Shown here: positions 12,301 through 27,300 of the stretch, piece by piece
How the letters are laid out: every line of letters begins with the position of its first letter
How positions within the stretch are numbered: position 1 is the first letter of the stretch
Assembly (NCBI GenBank): GCA_038496445.1
Contig: JALMLS010000621.1
Coordinates: 62,001 to 126,000 of the forward strand
Direction: 5' to 3'
DNA from: Trichosphaerium sp. ATCC 40318
Taxonomy: Eukaryota; Protista; Tubulinea
Length of the DNA stretch: 64,000 bases
Notes under the pieces: generated by a model
The model's database searches: none
What the model was told of the DNA's origin: nothing
What the model saw: the letters and a program-made list of their open reading frames with translations, nothing else
Made by a program: the position numbers and the translations under genes

Positions 12301-15300
12301 GTTAGAATCATCTATTCTCATAGGACCAGAGACTGGTGTTGTAATGTCAAAGCACGCTGCGTTTTCGTTGATAGAATCTGGAGGTTGTGAGAAATCGAAA
12401 GTATTCAATGATGCATCAAAGTCTATTGTATCGTCGCCGCCTTGGTTCGCTGGTGCTACGGTTTCACTCGGTAGAAGCTCAACACATATTGTGTAAGGTT
12501 GGTTGGGAATGATACCGTCGGTGGAAACAAAACGATAATTGCCGTTTCCATCTGTATCTGTTCTTGATACTTCTGTTCCTTGATAGATAATAACGACTGT
12601 TCGGGAAGAAACAGGTTCGTCTCCACCATCTTGTAGGCCATCATTGTTGATATCGAATGTAACACTGTCTCCAATTTCAATAGGAGGATCTGTCAAGAAT
12701 CCGAAATCTATGGTCCTATCAGATGACCCTCCAGGTGGCGAATCCTAGAAAACACGTGTTACAACCTTACATTGTCAAAGAGTTTAGAAGTGTCGTACAA
12801 TATCAGCACATGATGCACTGTCAGGTGTGCCATCACCATCAAAGTCATAAGCACTAGTTGTACCATCAGAATCAAATGCGTCACCAACAGATGCAACATT
12901 CGCTGGTGATAGGTCGGTTTGAGGGGGTTGTTGAACACATATTGTGTAAGGGCTTGAAGGCAAAAGACCATCTGTTTGTGTGAATGTGTATTCTCCACTT
13001 GCGTCAGTAGTCGTTCTAGCAACTTCACTTCGATCGCGTCTTAGAAGGACAACGATCACGTTTTCGTATCCAACAGGTAATCTAGCTGTTGTAAAGGCTG
13101 TTAGCTTGATACACAAGTACTTTTTGTGGTTGTAAGGCGTACAAGATTGAATTCCATCTGCAAAAAGATCCAAGAAAACCATGTCTCCGACTTCAACAGT
13201 TTGAACTCTTAGACCAATATCAGTTGTATCAACAGTTTGTCCTGGTTGAATGGGGTCCTAACGTAGTATTGTAAATACAAGAATAGATGTAATAAACTTA
13301 CGATAAAGGCACAAGAAGCTTGATTAGGAACACCATCGCCGTCAAAATCAAAAGTACTTAGAAATCCATCAGAATCAATGGTATCATCTCGACCAACATT
13401 TGGGGTTATAGGTAGTTCTGGGCTGATCAATTCGACGCAAATTGTGTATTCAGTATTAGGAAGAATGCCATCGGATGTAGTGACTGTTGCGATACCACCA
13501 CCGGATGTGGTAGTACGTGTAACTTCAGTGCCATCACGGAGAGTGATAACGACTGTTCGTGAAGGTACGACAGAATCTCCAAGATCTTGTGTTCCATCAT
13601 CATTAACATCAAGGAATACAAATGTTTCAATCGTTATTGGTTGAGTCACAAATCCAAAGTCAATGTCATTATCTGTTGCTCCTGTGATAGGAGATGTCTA
13701 AAAATAGAATCATTAACAGAGTCAGGAATATGTTGTAAAGTACGTACAATATCAACACAGGATGCACGTTCAGGTGTTCCACCAGATGGAGATAAGTTAA
13801 TCAATCTTTCCATACCATCAGAATCAATAGCTCCATTGACTTGATCAGGCGTTGTTGGATCATTGCCTGCTGGAATTGGAGTACAAATGATGTAAGACGT
13901 TTGTGGAAGGACTCCATCACTTGTTCCAAACGTATAGATACCACTTGAGTCTGTGGTTATTGTAGCTAAGTGTGTGCCATCCGATTGTAGAATGACAACT
14001 GGATGATTTGCTACGCCTGTATCTCCAGCATCTGTATGCAAAGTTAAATTAAACTCTTTCGTTTCTAGATTTGTACCTTGAGTGCCATCTCTGTTAACAT
14101 CATTAAAGACATAATCACCAATAAACAAAGGTGGAGTGATTATTCCGAAATCTACTGTGAGGTCCGTAGATCCAAGTGATGGTGAGGTCTAAACAAACAT
14201 CTTAGAATGACGAATCACTTTTGAAACGTACTATCACAGCACAGGAAGCATCTTCTTCAATTGAATCTCCATTAAAGTCGAATGAGCTATCTTGACCATC
14301 AAAATCAATGGCGTCGTTGACACCTTGTTGATTTGCTTGTGCTGATATTTCACCCGGTTGAAGAGGAGTACACACAATGTACTGTGTGTTTGGTTGAATG
14401 CCATTTGTTGAGTCGAGAATGTATTCTCCTGCGCTTCCAGTAGTCACACGACCGACTTCTGTACGTGTTGAAGCAAGTGCGATAATTACCAGGCGTGAAT
14501 CTAAAAGCACATCGCCAGGGCCTTGAAAAAAAGTTAATTAAGTGTTTGGCACTTTTTTTGTTTGCAATAGTACTTTGAGTGCCATCGTTATCTGTATCAA
14601 AGAATACTCGATCTCCAATTTCAACAGTTTGAGGTATGAATCCAAAATCAACACTGACATCTGTATTTCCGAGAGCTGGAGAAATCTAAAGGAAAAAAAC
14701 TTAACAACAACAAACAAAAAGTGATTCAAATCAAAACCGTACGATAATTGTGCAAGACGCTGGTTCAGGAACTGAGTCTCCATCAAAGTCAAACAAACTT
14801 AGTGTTCCGTCTGAATCTTGAGAATCGTCTCCTTGGTTATCAGCGGTGACTTGCTCTCCTGGTCTGATTGATGAACAAATTCTGTATGTTGTACTTGGTT
14901 GAACATTGTCTGAAGTCTCGAACATGTAACGACCACTACCGTCTGTTATCTTTCTTGAGACTTCATTGCCAGCAAGATTTAACAAAACTACTGTGGCACC
15001 AATGATAGGCAAATCACCACCGTCTAGTAAAACGTAAGAAATTCTTAAGTTTAAGAAAGTTTGAACAAAGATGTCATTCATACCTTGAATACCGTCTTGG
15101 TTGGTGTCAACAAACACAAAATCTCCAATCATTATTGTTTGAACTGTTGAAAATCCGAAATCAACATCGTTGTTTGTATCACCAAGAGGAGGTGATTGCT
15201 ATTGAATTAAATCAAAAAAATGCTTAAATGAAAAAACAAAGCGTACTATTTGAGCACAAGATGCTGGATCGTTAATATTGTCATTGTTAAAGTCTGCAAT

Positions 15301-18300
15301 GTTATCGTTTTGAGTACCGTCGGAATCTGTTGTCTCATTTGCTCCGAGGTTGGCAACACTTGGTTCTGTACTTGGTGGTATAGCCACACAAATGATGTAC
15401 ATTGTATCTGGCAATACACCGTCTGTTGTTGTAAACGAAAAGTCGCCGGTGCCATCAGTTCTTGTGCTAGCAACGAAAGTACCATCTGGACGCAATAACA
15501 CAACGTCTTGGTTGGTAATGCCGTTTTCGGATGGATCTACAAAGTACAGTCAGGAAAGGAAGGAACTGGATGTTGTGTAGTACCTTGAATACCGTTTGAA
15601 TTATCGTCAGAGAACACGTGATCACCAAGAGTGGTGATACCGACAATTGTACCAAATCCGACTGTATTATCAGTCATACCAGGTCCAGGGGAGATTATGT
15701 CTGTACAAGAAGCTGTTTCAAGTGTACCATCAAGAGGAACGTTGAAATCGAATGTTCTTGAATCTCCATCGGAATCAACAGTGTCAGGACCGGCATCAGG
15801 GTTCACAAGAAGCTCAGTAGGGAGCACTTCGATACAAATGGTGTATGATGTGCCTGGTTGAATACCATCTGTTGAAGTATCGAATGTGGCACCACCTGAA
15901 GAGTCTGTTGTTGTCCTTGAGACAACTGTACCAGAAGAGTCAGTAATTACAACATTTCTGTTCTGGATTGGAGCATCGCTAAGATCAAAAATGTTGTTGT
16001 TGTTATCATCGTTAAATGCAGTAATGACAAGAGTCACAGGTTGGTTTCTAAACCCAAAATCGTAATTTAAGTTAGATACACCAACACTTGGTGATGTCTA
16101 AACAAACACGTGAGTAAAGAGCCAAAACATAAAATAAAGGTACGTACAAAGGCGACGCAAGATCCACGTTCTGTAATGCCATCGGGTATTGCCGACAAGT
16201 CGATGTTACGCAAGACACCGTCAGAGTCAAGATCTTCGGTTGTTTGATTTGGTAATGTTGGATCGTTGCCATCTGGTATTTGAGCACAAATTGTATACGT
16301 TGTCGATGGTAGAACGCCATTTTGAGTACCAAATAGGTACTCTCCCATTGAGTTTGTTGTAACTCGAGTTATTGGCATATCTGCATTGTCAAATAGCACA
16401 ACAGCTATTCCATCAAGAGGCATATCAGAGGCATCTATGTTTGTTTTAGAGGTGAAAAGTGTCTTATAGTGTTACCTTGAATGCCATTGCCGTTTGCGTC
16501 AAAAAACACGAAATCTCCAATAAATTGATCTGGAGTTGCAACACCAAAGTCCACGGTGTTGTCAATAATACCAAGAGCTGGCGTGGTCTACATTGTGTCA
16601 GTTTTTAACAAAACAATATGCGAGTTACTTACAATTGAAGCACATGAAGCTGGATCAAGGCCATCGAGAGGTATGTCAAAGTCGTATGAGCTTGAAACAC
16701 CATTTGAATCCGTTGTAGCGTCACCTTGACCTGTCATCGAAGGCAGTTCACCAACATTGAGTGGAATACAGATTCTGTAGTTTGTGTTTGGAAGAATACC
16801 ATCAAATGTATCAAAACTGTATTGACCCATTGAGTCTGTCACAGTGCGAGATACTTCAGCATTATCGCTTTGTCGTATGATCACGATAGTGCGAGTTCCA
16901 GACGGTAAGTCTCCAGCATCTTAAAAAATATATTAAGCTCTTGAAAACTGTAAAAGGTGTTCGAAGTGTACCTTGAATGCCATTTTCATTGTTGTCAAAG
17001 AAAACAAAATCTCCAACAACAATGGTTTGAGGAATGAATCCGAAATCTACGTCCAAATTTACAGTGCCAAGAGTAGGAGATGTGATGTCGACACAAGATG
17101 CCGGTTCGACAATTGAATCGCCATCAAAATCAAAAATACTGGTTGTTCCATCAGAATCTATGGTATCATCTAATCCTGTATTGATCATAGTTATTTGTTC
17201 TCCGTTTCGTATTGCAGCGCAAATAGTGTAGTCTGTCGAAGGTTGAACATTGTCGAAGGTATCAAACACGTAATTGCCAGTGCCAGTGGTGATCTTGCGA
17301 GCAATTTCAACACCAGAACGTGTCAATAGAACAACTTCAACATTTGAAATAGGATCATCACCACCGTCTATAGCAACATTAACATCACACAGTGTGTGTT
17401 TTGCGTGTACCTTGAATACCGTTCCTGTTGTTGTCAAGGAATAACGAATCACCAACAGACACTGTCAAGATATTGACAAAACCAAAGTCATGAGATGTAT
17501 CAGAAACACCAAGAGCAGGCGATGTCTGCAAGAACTTGTTAGACTACAATGCGAGAGAAGAAAATAAAAAACGTACCAGTGTGATGCATGAAGCATCATC
17601 AAATATCATATCTCCATCAAAATCGAAAAATGAAACGATGAGATTACCATCAGAGTCATTATCATCGTTGGCTCCTTGGTTCATGGGAGCGACTTCTTCT
17701 CCTGATCTGATTGGAGAACACAGAGTGTAAGCTGTGTTTGGAAGCACACCATCAGCAGTTGTGAACGAGTAGATACCCATCGAATCTGTCATTGTACGAA
17801 CAAGTTCAGTACCATCACTTCGCAGTAATACAACTGGATGAGATGTAATAGGCATATCTGATGGCTCTATGCTGACTTAGTAAAACGTGCTAACAGGTCA
17901 CTTTACCTTGAATGCCGTTTCTATTTACATCAAAGAATACAAAGTCTCCGATTGTTACTTCTGGAGTAACAAGACCAAAGTCAAATGTGTCAAGTGTCAT
18001 GCCAGGTGATGGTGATACCTAAAAGCAATGAGTTAGATATTCGGTTGTAAAGTGAAGGTTATCGTACAATGTTAACACATGAAGCTGGATCGTTTGAACC
18101 ATCCATGTTAAAGTCAAAAGTACGAGAATCACCATCTGAATCGAGATCATCTGATCCAATATTCAACATGGCTGAATCCTCCGTGATCATAATTTCAACA
18201 CAAAGAATGTATGGTGTATCAGGTTGTATGCCATCAGATGTGGTGAATGTGGCAACACCTCCACTCAATGTAGTGGTACGTGTGACTTCAGTGACACCAT

Positions 18301-21300
18301 CAGGAAGGGTTATCACAACGGTTCTGGACGGTATTGGAGAGTCACCAGCATCTTGACGCCCATCGTCGTTGACATCAGAGAATACAAATGTTTCGATTGT
18401 GATTGGTTGAGTCACAAATCCAAAATCAATGTCGGTGTTTGACACTCCTGTACTTGGCGTTGTCTAGTGACATGTGTTATTGAATTTGAAATAATACGTA
18501 TATAAAGCAAGGTAACGTACGAAGGAAAAGCAAGAAGCTCGCTCAAGGGTACTGTCAGGAGGTGATGTGAGATCAATGGCAGTTATTCTTCCATCAGAGT
18601 CGATGGTATTGTCTCCACCTTGACCAGTGGCTGTTGGATTGTTTTGAAGTGGTACTTCAACACAAATCATGTATGGTGTTGATGGTAGGATTCCATCTGT
18701 TGTACCGAATGAGTAAGCGCCTGTACCATCACTGTTTGTTTCAGTAATGTAGGTGCCACTTCCATCTAACAGCACAACAAGTATGCCACCGAGTGGCGTA
18801 TCATTCATATCTAGTGGCGGTAAGAGATTGCTTACTGCATAAGAAAAAGTGTTTAATAGCGTTACCTTGAATGCCATTGCCATTTGCATCAAAAAACACG
18901 AAATCTCCAATAAATTGATCTGGAGTTGCAACACCAAAGTCCACGGTGTCATCAATAATGCCAAGAGCTGGCGTGGTCTACATTGTGTCAGTATTTCTAA
19001 CAAAAAAACCTGAACACTTCTAAATACTTACAATTGAAGCACATGAAGCTGCGTCAAGGCCATTGAGAGGTATGTCAAAGTCGTATGAGCTTGAAACACC
19101 ATTTGAATCAGTTGTAGCGTCACCTTGACCTGTCATCGAAGGCAGTTCACCAACATTGAGAGGGATACAGATTCTGTAGTTTGTGTTTGGAAGAATACCA
19201 TCAAATGTATCAAAACTGTATTGACCCATTGAGTCTGTCACAGTACGAGATACTTCAGCGTTATCGCTTTGTCGTATGATCACAACAGTGCGAGTTCCAG
19301 ACGGTAAGTCTCCAGCATCTTAAGCAAAATATGAGTTTGATAAAAACAATACAAGAGGTGTACCTTGAATGCCATTCTCGTTGTTGTCAAAGAAAACAAA
19401 ATCTCCAACAACAATGGTTTGAGGAATGAATCCGAAATCTACATCCAAATTTACAGTGCCAAGTGTAGGAGATGTGATGTCGACACAAGATGCCGGTTCG
19501 ACAATTGAATCGCCATCAAAATCGAAAATACTTGTTGTTCCATCAGAATCTATGGTATCATCTAATCCTGTATTGATCATTGTGATTTGTTCTCCGTTTC
19601 TTATTGCAGCACAAATGGTGTAGTCTGTCGAAGGTTGAACGTTGTCGAAGGTATCAAACACGTAGTTGCCAGTGCCGGTTGTGATCTTGCGAGAAATTTC
19701 AACACCAGAACGTGTCAATAGAACAACTTCAACATTTGAAATAGGGTCGTCACCACCGTCTGTAAAACAACATTACAATAATTTCTTAAATGTTTTATGC
19801 ACGTGCCTTGAATGCCATTCCTGTTGTTATCAAGAAACAATGAATCACCGATTGATATTGTCAAGATATTGACAAAACCAAAGTCATGAGATGTATCAGA
19901 AACACCAAGAGCAGGCGATGTCTACAAGAACACTTGTTAGACTACAATGCGAGAGAAGAAAATAAAAACGTACCAGTGTGATGCATGAAGCATCATCAAA
20001 TATCATATCTCCATCAAAATCGAAAAATGAAGTGATGAGATTACCATCAGAGTCGTTATCGTCGTTGGCTCCTTGGTTCACAGGAGCAACTTCTTCTCTT
20101 GATCTGATTGGAGAACATAAAATGTAAGCTGTGTTTGGAAGCACACCATCAGCAGTTGTGAACGAGTAGATACCCATCGAATCTGTCATTGTACGAACAA
20201 GTTCAGTGCCATCACTTCGCAGTAATACAACTGGATGGGACATGATTGGAGTATCTGACGGTTCTGGAAACGACATTGTGAGTATGAAACTAGTTAACAT
20301 ATTAGTACCTTGAATGCCATCTCTATTGACATCAAAGAATACAAAGTCTCCGATTGTTACTTCTGGAGTAACAAGACCAAAGTCAAACGCATCAAGTGTC
20401 ATACCAGGTGATGGTGATACCTAAGTATAGATTAAGAATATTAAGTAATGCGACAACACGTACAATGTTGACACATGAAGCTGGATCGTTTGAACCATCC
20501 ATGTTAAAGTCAAAAGTACGAGAATCACCATCTGAATCAAGATCATCTGATCCAATATTCAACATGGCTGAATCCTCCGTGATCATAATCTGAACACAAA
20601 GAATGTATGGTGTATCAGGTTGTATGCCATCAGATGTGGTGAATGTGGCAACACCTCCACTCAATGTAGTGGTACGTGTGATTTCAGTGACACCATCAGG
20701 AAGGGTTATCACAACGGTTCTGGATGGTATTGGAGAGTCACCAGCATCTTGACGTCCATCATCGTTGACATCAGAGAATACAAATGTTTCGATTGTGATT
20801 GGTTGAGTCACAAATCCAAAGTCAATGTCAGTGTTTGACACTCCTGTACTTGGCGTTGTCTAGTGACACATGTTATTGAATTTGAAATAATACGTCTATA
20901 AAGCAAGGTAACGTACAAAGGAAAAGCAAGAAGCTCGCTCAAGGGTACTGTCAGGAGGAGATGTGAGATCAATGGCAGTTATTCTTCCATCAGAGTCAAT
21001 GGTATTATCTCCACCTTGACCAGTGGCTGTTGGATTGTTTTGAAGTGGTACTTCAACACAAATCATGTATGGTGTTGATGGTAGGATTCCATCTGTTGTA
21101 CCGAATGAGTAAGCGCCTGTACCATCACTGTTTGTTTCAGTAATGTAGGTGCCACTTCCATCTAACAGCACAACGAGTATGCCACCGAGTGGTGTATCAT
21201 TCATATCTAGTGGTGGTAAGATATTGCTGACCACATACGAAAAAGTTTGTAATAATGTTACCTTGAATGCCGTTGCCATTTGCATCAAAAAACACGAAAT

Positions 21301-24300
21301 CTCCAATAAATTGATCTGGAGTTGCAACACCAAAGTCCACGGTGTCATCAATAATGCCAAGAGCTGGTGTGGTCTATGTAATTATTAACGTTATGTATCA
21401 AAGTTAATGACAACTTACAATTGAAGCACATGAAGCTGGATCTGGACCATCAAGAGGTATGTCAAAGTCGTATGAGCTTGAAACACCATTTGAATCAGTT
21501 GTAGTGTCACCTTGACCTATTATCGAAGGCAGTTCACCAACATTGAGTGGGATACAGATTCTGTAGTTTGTGTTTGGAAGAATACCATCGAATGTATCAA
21601 AACTGTATTGACCCATTGAGTCTGTCACAGTACGAGATACTTCAGCGTTATCGCTTTGTCGTATGATCACGATAGTGCGAGTTCCAGACGGTAAGTCTCC
21701 AGCATCTTAAAAAATATATTAAGCTCTTGAAAACAGGAAACGCGATATTACCTTGAATGCCGTTCTCATTGTTGTCAAAGAAAACAGAATCTCCAACAGC
21801 AATGGTTTGAGGAATAAATCCAAAGTCTATTGTCAAATCGGTGTTTCCTCCAGATGGTGATGTGATGTCAACGCAAGAAGCACGATCGAGAGAATTGTCT
21901 CCGTCAAAATCAAACGTGTCAAGCGTGCCATCAGAATCAATTGTTGTGTCAGAACCTTGAAGTGCAGTGGTAGGTTGTTCTCCATTGCGAACCGAAGAAC
22001 AGATGATGTAGTTATTCGAAGGTTGAAGGCTGTCCGAATTATCAAAGATGTAATTTCCAGTTGCAGTTGTGATCTTGCGAGCAACTTCGACACCAGAACG
22101 GGTCAACAGAACAACGATTGCATTTGGAATTGGATCGTCGCTACCATCTATATAAAACGGTTAAAGTTGAATCAATATATTCTTCTTTGAGCCTCGTTGG
22201 TACTTACCTTGAATGCCGTTCCTGTTGTTATCGAGGAATAATGAGTCACCAATTGAGACTGTCAAGATATTGGTGAAACCAAAGTCATGAGATGTATCAG
22301 AAACACCAAGAGCAGGTGAGGTCTATGAAAAGTTATCAACAATCAATGAAAATCAGTTAGATGTGGCTTACGATAGAAATACATGAAGCATCATCAAATA
22401 TCATATCTCCATCAAAGTCGAAAAATGCAGTGTTCAAAATACCATCAGAGTCATTATCATCACTTGCTCCTTGATTCGGAGGAGCGACTTCTTCTCCTGA
22501 TCTGATTGGAGAACATAGAGTGTAAGCTGTATTTGGGAGCACACCATCAGCGGTTGTGAATGAGTAGATACCCATCGAATCTGTCATTGTACGAACAAGT
22601 TCAGTGCCATCGCTTCGCAGTAATACAACTGGATGGGACATGATTGGAGTGTCCGATGGATCTAGGTGAATTAAGTACAATTTTTTTTAATTAGTCACTT
22701 TACCTTGAATGCCGTTTCTATTGACATCAAAGAATACAAAGTCTCCGATTGTTACTTCTGGAGTAACAAGACCAAAGTCAAATGTGTCAAGTGTAACACC
22801 AGGTGATGGTGATACCTGGAGTATACGTAAGAAATTATAAGCAATGTAACTACACGTACAATGTTAACACATGAAGCTGGATCATTTGAACCGTCCATGT
22901 TAAAGTCAAAAGTACGAGAATCACCATCTGAATCGAGATCATCTGATCCAATATTCAACATGGCTGAATCCTCCATGACCATTATTTGAACACAAAGAAT
23001 GTATGGTGTATCAGGTTGTATGCCATCAGATGTGGTGAATGTGGCGATACCTCCACTTGATGTAGTGGTACGTGTGATTTCAGTGACACCATCAGGAAGG
23101 GTTATCACAACGGTTCTGGATGGTATTGAAGAGTCACCAGCATCTTGACGTCCATCATCGTTGACATCAGAGAATACAAATGTTTCGATTGTGATTGGTT
23201 GAGTCACAAATCCAAAATCAACATTGAGGTCTGACATTCCTTGGCTTGGCGATATCTTTAACATTACATTAGCGATAGGTTAAGGTAATAAAACACGTAC
23301 AATCTCAACACACGAAGCTCGCTCGAGTGTACCATCAGGAGGTGATGTTAGATCGATAACAGTAATCGCACCATCAGAGTCGATGGTGTTATCTCCACCT
23401 TGACCAGGGGTTGTTGGATTGTGAGTTGGGCTAACTTCAGTACAGATGGTGTAACTCCTGTCCGGAAGGAGACCATCCGCTTCTGTGAAGATATAACCGC
23501 CCATAGGATCAGTATTTTGACGTGCAACCTCAGATAGGTCACTTGTTCTAAAGAGTACAACCAAGTTCGACGAGATTCCACTGTCGCCACCGTCTAATTG
23601 TAAATTGAGAATAAAGTCAATCACGACATTAAATTACGCACCTTGTAGACCATCACCATTTGCATCGAAAAAGACAAAGTCTCCAACAAACAAACTGAAA
23701 GTAATGATACCGAAATCATGTGAAAAATCGTTAATGCCAAGAGGTGGAGAGATCTAGAAAGGTATTAGTATTGATGTTAAGTCAAGATACAAATAAAATT
23801 AGCTTACAATGTCAACACAAGATGCAAGGTCTTGAGTGCCGTCTCCATCAAAATCAAAAGAGCTCAGAATACCGTCGGAATCGGTAGTATCTGATCCAAT
23901 GTTTTCCATACTCGGTATTTCGCCAACATTGAGTTGTACACAAATAGTGTATGCTGTGCTTGGTAGAATACCTGCGAGGGTACCAAAAGTATAGCTTCCA
24001 GCAACGTTTGTCATTGTTTGTGCGACTTCAATGCCATTGCTGGTTAGTGATATTGCTACAACTCTAGAAGGAGCAAGAACATCACCAACACCTGTTAAAT
24101 CAGTTAGTCACGAAAAGAGTTTTATCAATTTATAGTCGTACTTTGAGTGCCATCGTTATCTATGTCGAAAAACACTCTGTTACCGACTTCAACTGTTTGT
24201 TGTACAAACCCAAAGTCAATCGTAAGGTCTGAGCTTCCTATTGCAGGCGCAGTCTAATCACGTGACGTTAGACATGTGGCAACTTTTTTTTTTGAATAAA

Positions 24301-27300
24301 TATTCGAAACTAGTCCGTACAACAGCAGCACAAGAGGCTGGATCAGTAATCATATCTCCATCAAAGTCGAACATACTGGCTGTACCATCTGAATCTAAAG
24401 TGTCATCGCCTTGATTAAAAGCAGTGACTTGTTGACCACTTTGTACAGCTGCACAGATAATGTAATCGACGTTAGGTTGAACGCCATCGAATGTATCGAA
24501 TATGTAGGTTCCCATGCTATCTGTTGTTGCTCGTGAAACTTCAATTCCACCTTGAGTTAGTACTACTGTTGATCCAATAATTGGATTATCACCCATGTCT
24601 ATTTGGAAAGGTCGTTACACATCAATCAACCCATTATGGTCGTACCTTGGAGACCATTTCTGTTGTTATCGAGAAACAATGAGTCACCAATTGAAACGAT
24701 TTGTATATTAGCGAAACCAAAGTCATGAGATGTATCAGAAACACCAAGAGCAGGTGAGGTCTGTAAAAGAGTTATTAACAAAAACATATTGAAGTAATTC
24801 ATTTTGTGACGTGCGATAGAAATACATGAAGCATCATCAAATATCATATCTCCATCAAAGTCGAAAAACGCAGTATTGAAAATACCATCAGAGTCATTAT
24901 CATCACTTGCTCCTTGATTCGGAGAAGCGACTTCTTCTCCTGATCTGATTGGAGAACACAGAGTGTAAGCTGTGTTTGGAAGCACACCATCAGCGGTTGT
25001 GAATGAGTAGATACCCATCGAATCTGTCATTGTACGAACAAGTTCAGTACCATCACTTCGCAGTAATACAACTGGATGAGATGTAATAGGCATATCTGAA
25101 GGTTCTAGAAATAATGATTAGTGGAGGTAGGTTAATGGAAAATTGTTGTACCTTGAATGCCGTTTCTGTTGACATCAAAGAATACAAAGTCTCCGATTGT
25201 TACTTCTGGAGTAACAAGACCAAAGTCAAATGTGTCAAGTGTCATCCCAGGTGATGGTGATACCTGAAAGCAATGAGTTAGATATTCGGTTGTAAAGTGA
25301 AGGTTATTGTACAATGTTAACACATGAAGCTGGATCGTTTGAACCATCCATGTTAAAGTCAAAAGTACGAGAATCACCATCTGAATCGAGATCATCTGAT
25401 CCAACATTCAACATTGCTGAAGTTTCCGTAGATACTAATTCTACACATATAGTGTACATAGTGTCGGGTTGTATGCCATCAGATGTGGTGAATGTGGCAA
25501 TACCTCCACTTGATGTGGTGGTACGTGTGACTTCAGTGACACCATCAGGAAGGGTTATCACAACAATTCTGGATGGTATTGGAGAGTCACCAGCATCTTG
25601 ACGTCCATCGTTGTTGACATCAGAGAATACGAATGACTCGATTGTGATTGGTTGGGTAACAAATCCAAAATCAATGTCAGTATTTGATAACCCAGCACTT
25701 GGTGATGTCTAGTACAAATTAGTGCGCTGAAAATTAAGTGAGAAGAGATAGCGTACAAAAGAAGCACAAGAAGCTCTCTCAAGGGTACTGTCAGGTGGAG
25801 ATGTGAGATCAATGGTAGTTATAGATCCGTCAGAGTCAATGGTATTGTCTCCACCTTGACTTGGGGCCGTAGGATCTTGAGTTGGGAGTAGTTCAGTACA
25901 AATGATATAATCCGTATCAGGCATTACACCATCAGAGGTTTGGAAATTATAAAACCCGTTCATATCAGTGTTGGTCATAGTGATCACACCACCAGAGCTA
26001 TCCAATAAAACTACAGGATACATAGAAACTGGTACATCTCCAATGTCTTGAACACATTGTAAGTTTAAATGAAAAGGAAAAATATTGGGTACCTTGTAAG
26101 CCATCTCCGTTTGCATCGAAGAATACAAAGTCACCAAGGAACTGGTCCAAAGTCACAATACCAAAATCGATAGTATCATCAACAATGCCTGGCGTTCCAG
26201 AAGTCTACGTTGTGTTAGTTAAGAAACTAGTTACTACTCAATGCACGTACAACATCAGCGCACAAAGCAGCATCAAGGACACCGTCACCATCAAAGTCTA
26301 TGATTTGTACAAGTCCATCTGAATCAATGGTATCCAATCCTGCGTTTGGATCTGCTCCACGCTCGTTTGCGAGAATAGGAACACATACAGTGTACTGCAC
26401 ATTGGGTAGAACACCATCAAAAGTGTCAAAAGAGTATGCACCAGAGCTGTCAGTAAATTCTCGTCTTACTTCCAACCCATCGCTTACTCTGTACAAGACA
26501 ACAAGTCGTGATGGAACTCCAATATCGCCACCGTCTATTTTGATTGTATTTTTAGTTTGAAATTCACTATTTATAGAATAGCGTTGTTTCGTACCTTGTA
26601 AGTTGTCTTGGTTAACATCAAAAAATATGCGATCGCCAATCGCTACTGTTTGAGGTACAAATCCAAAATCAAAAGTCAAGTCTGATCCAGTCGAAGGCGA
26701 CATCTAAAAAACACAAGAGTGTTAGAGAAACAAATAAAGAACGAGAAAAACAAGTGTTTGATTTTTTTTTCAATAAATCGTACCAGAATAGCGCAAGAAG
26801 CGCTGTCAGGGACCAAGTCTCCATCGAAATCAAAGGTAGATACCATACCATCAGAGTCAACAGTATCATCTCCACCTTGGTTATCAATTGTGGGCTGTTC
26901 CCCGTTTCGAGTTTCAACACAAATTGTGTATTGTGTGTCTCGCATCAATCCATCGTTCGAGTCAAAGATGAATGTGCCCAATAGATCACTTGTTTTTCGC
27001 GAGACTTCAACATTGTTGAACACTAGAACAACATCTACACCAGAGATTGGTGTGTCTCCACCATCTTAAACAACAATTTTAGATTTGTAATCATTTAGTC
27101 AGTACAACGTTTACCTTGGATACCGTCTCGATTGTTGTCAAGGAAGATGGAATCACCGATTGTAATGAGTATGTTAGTGAAACCAAAGTCATGAGATGTA
27201 TCAGAAACACCAAGATCAGGTGAGGTCTGTTGAAGAGTTGTTAACAAAAACATATTGAAGTAATTCATTTTGTAACATACGAAAGGAATACATGAAGCAT

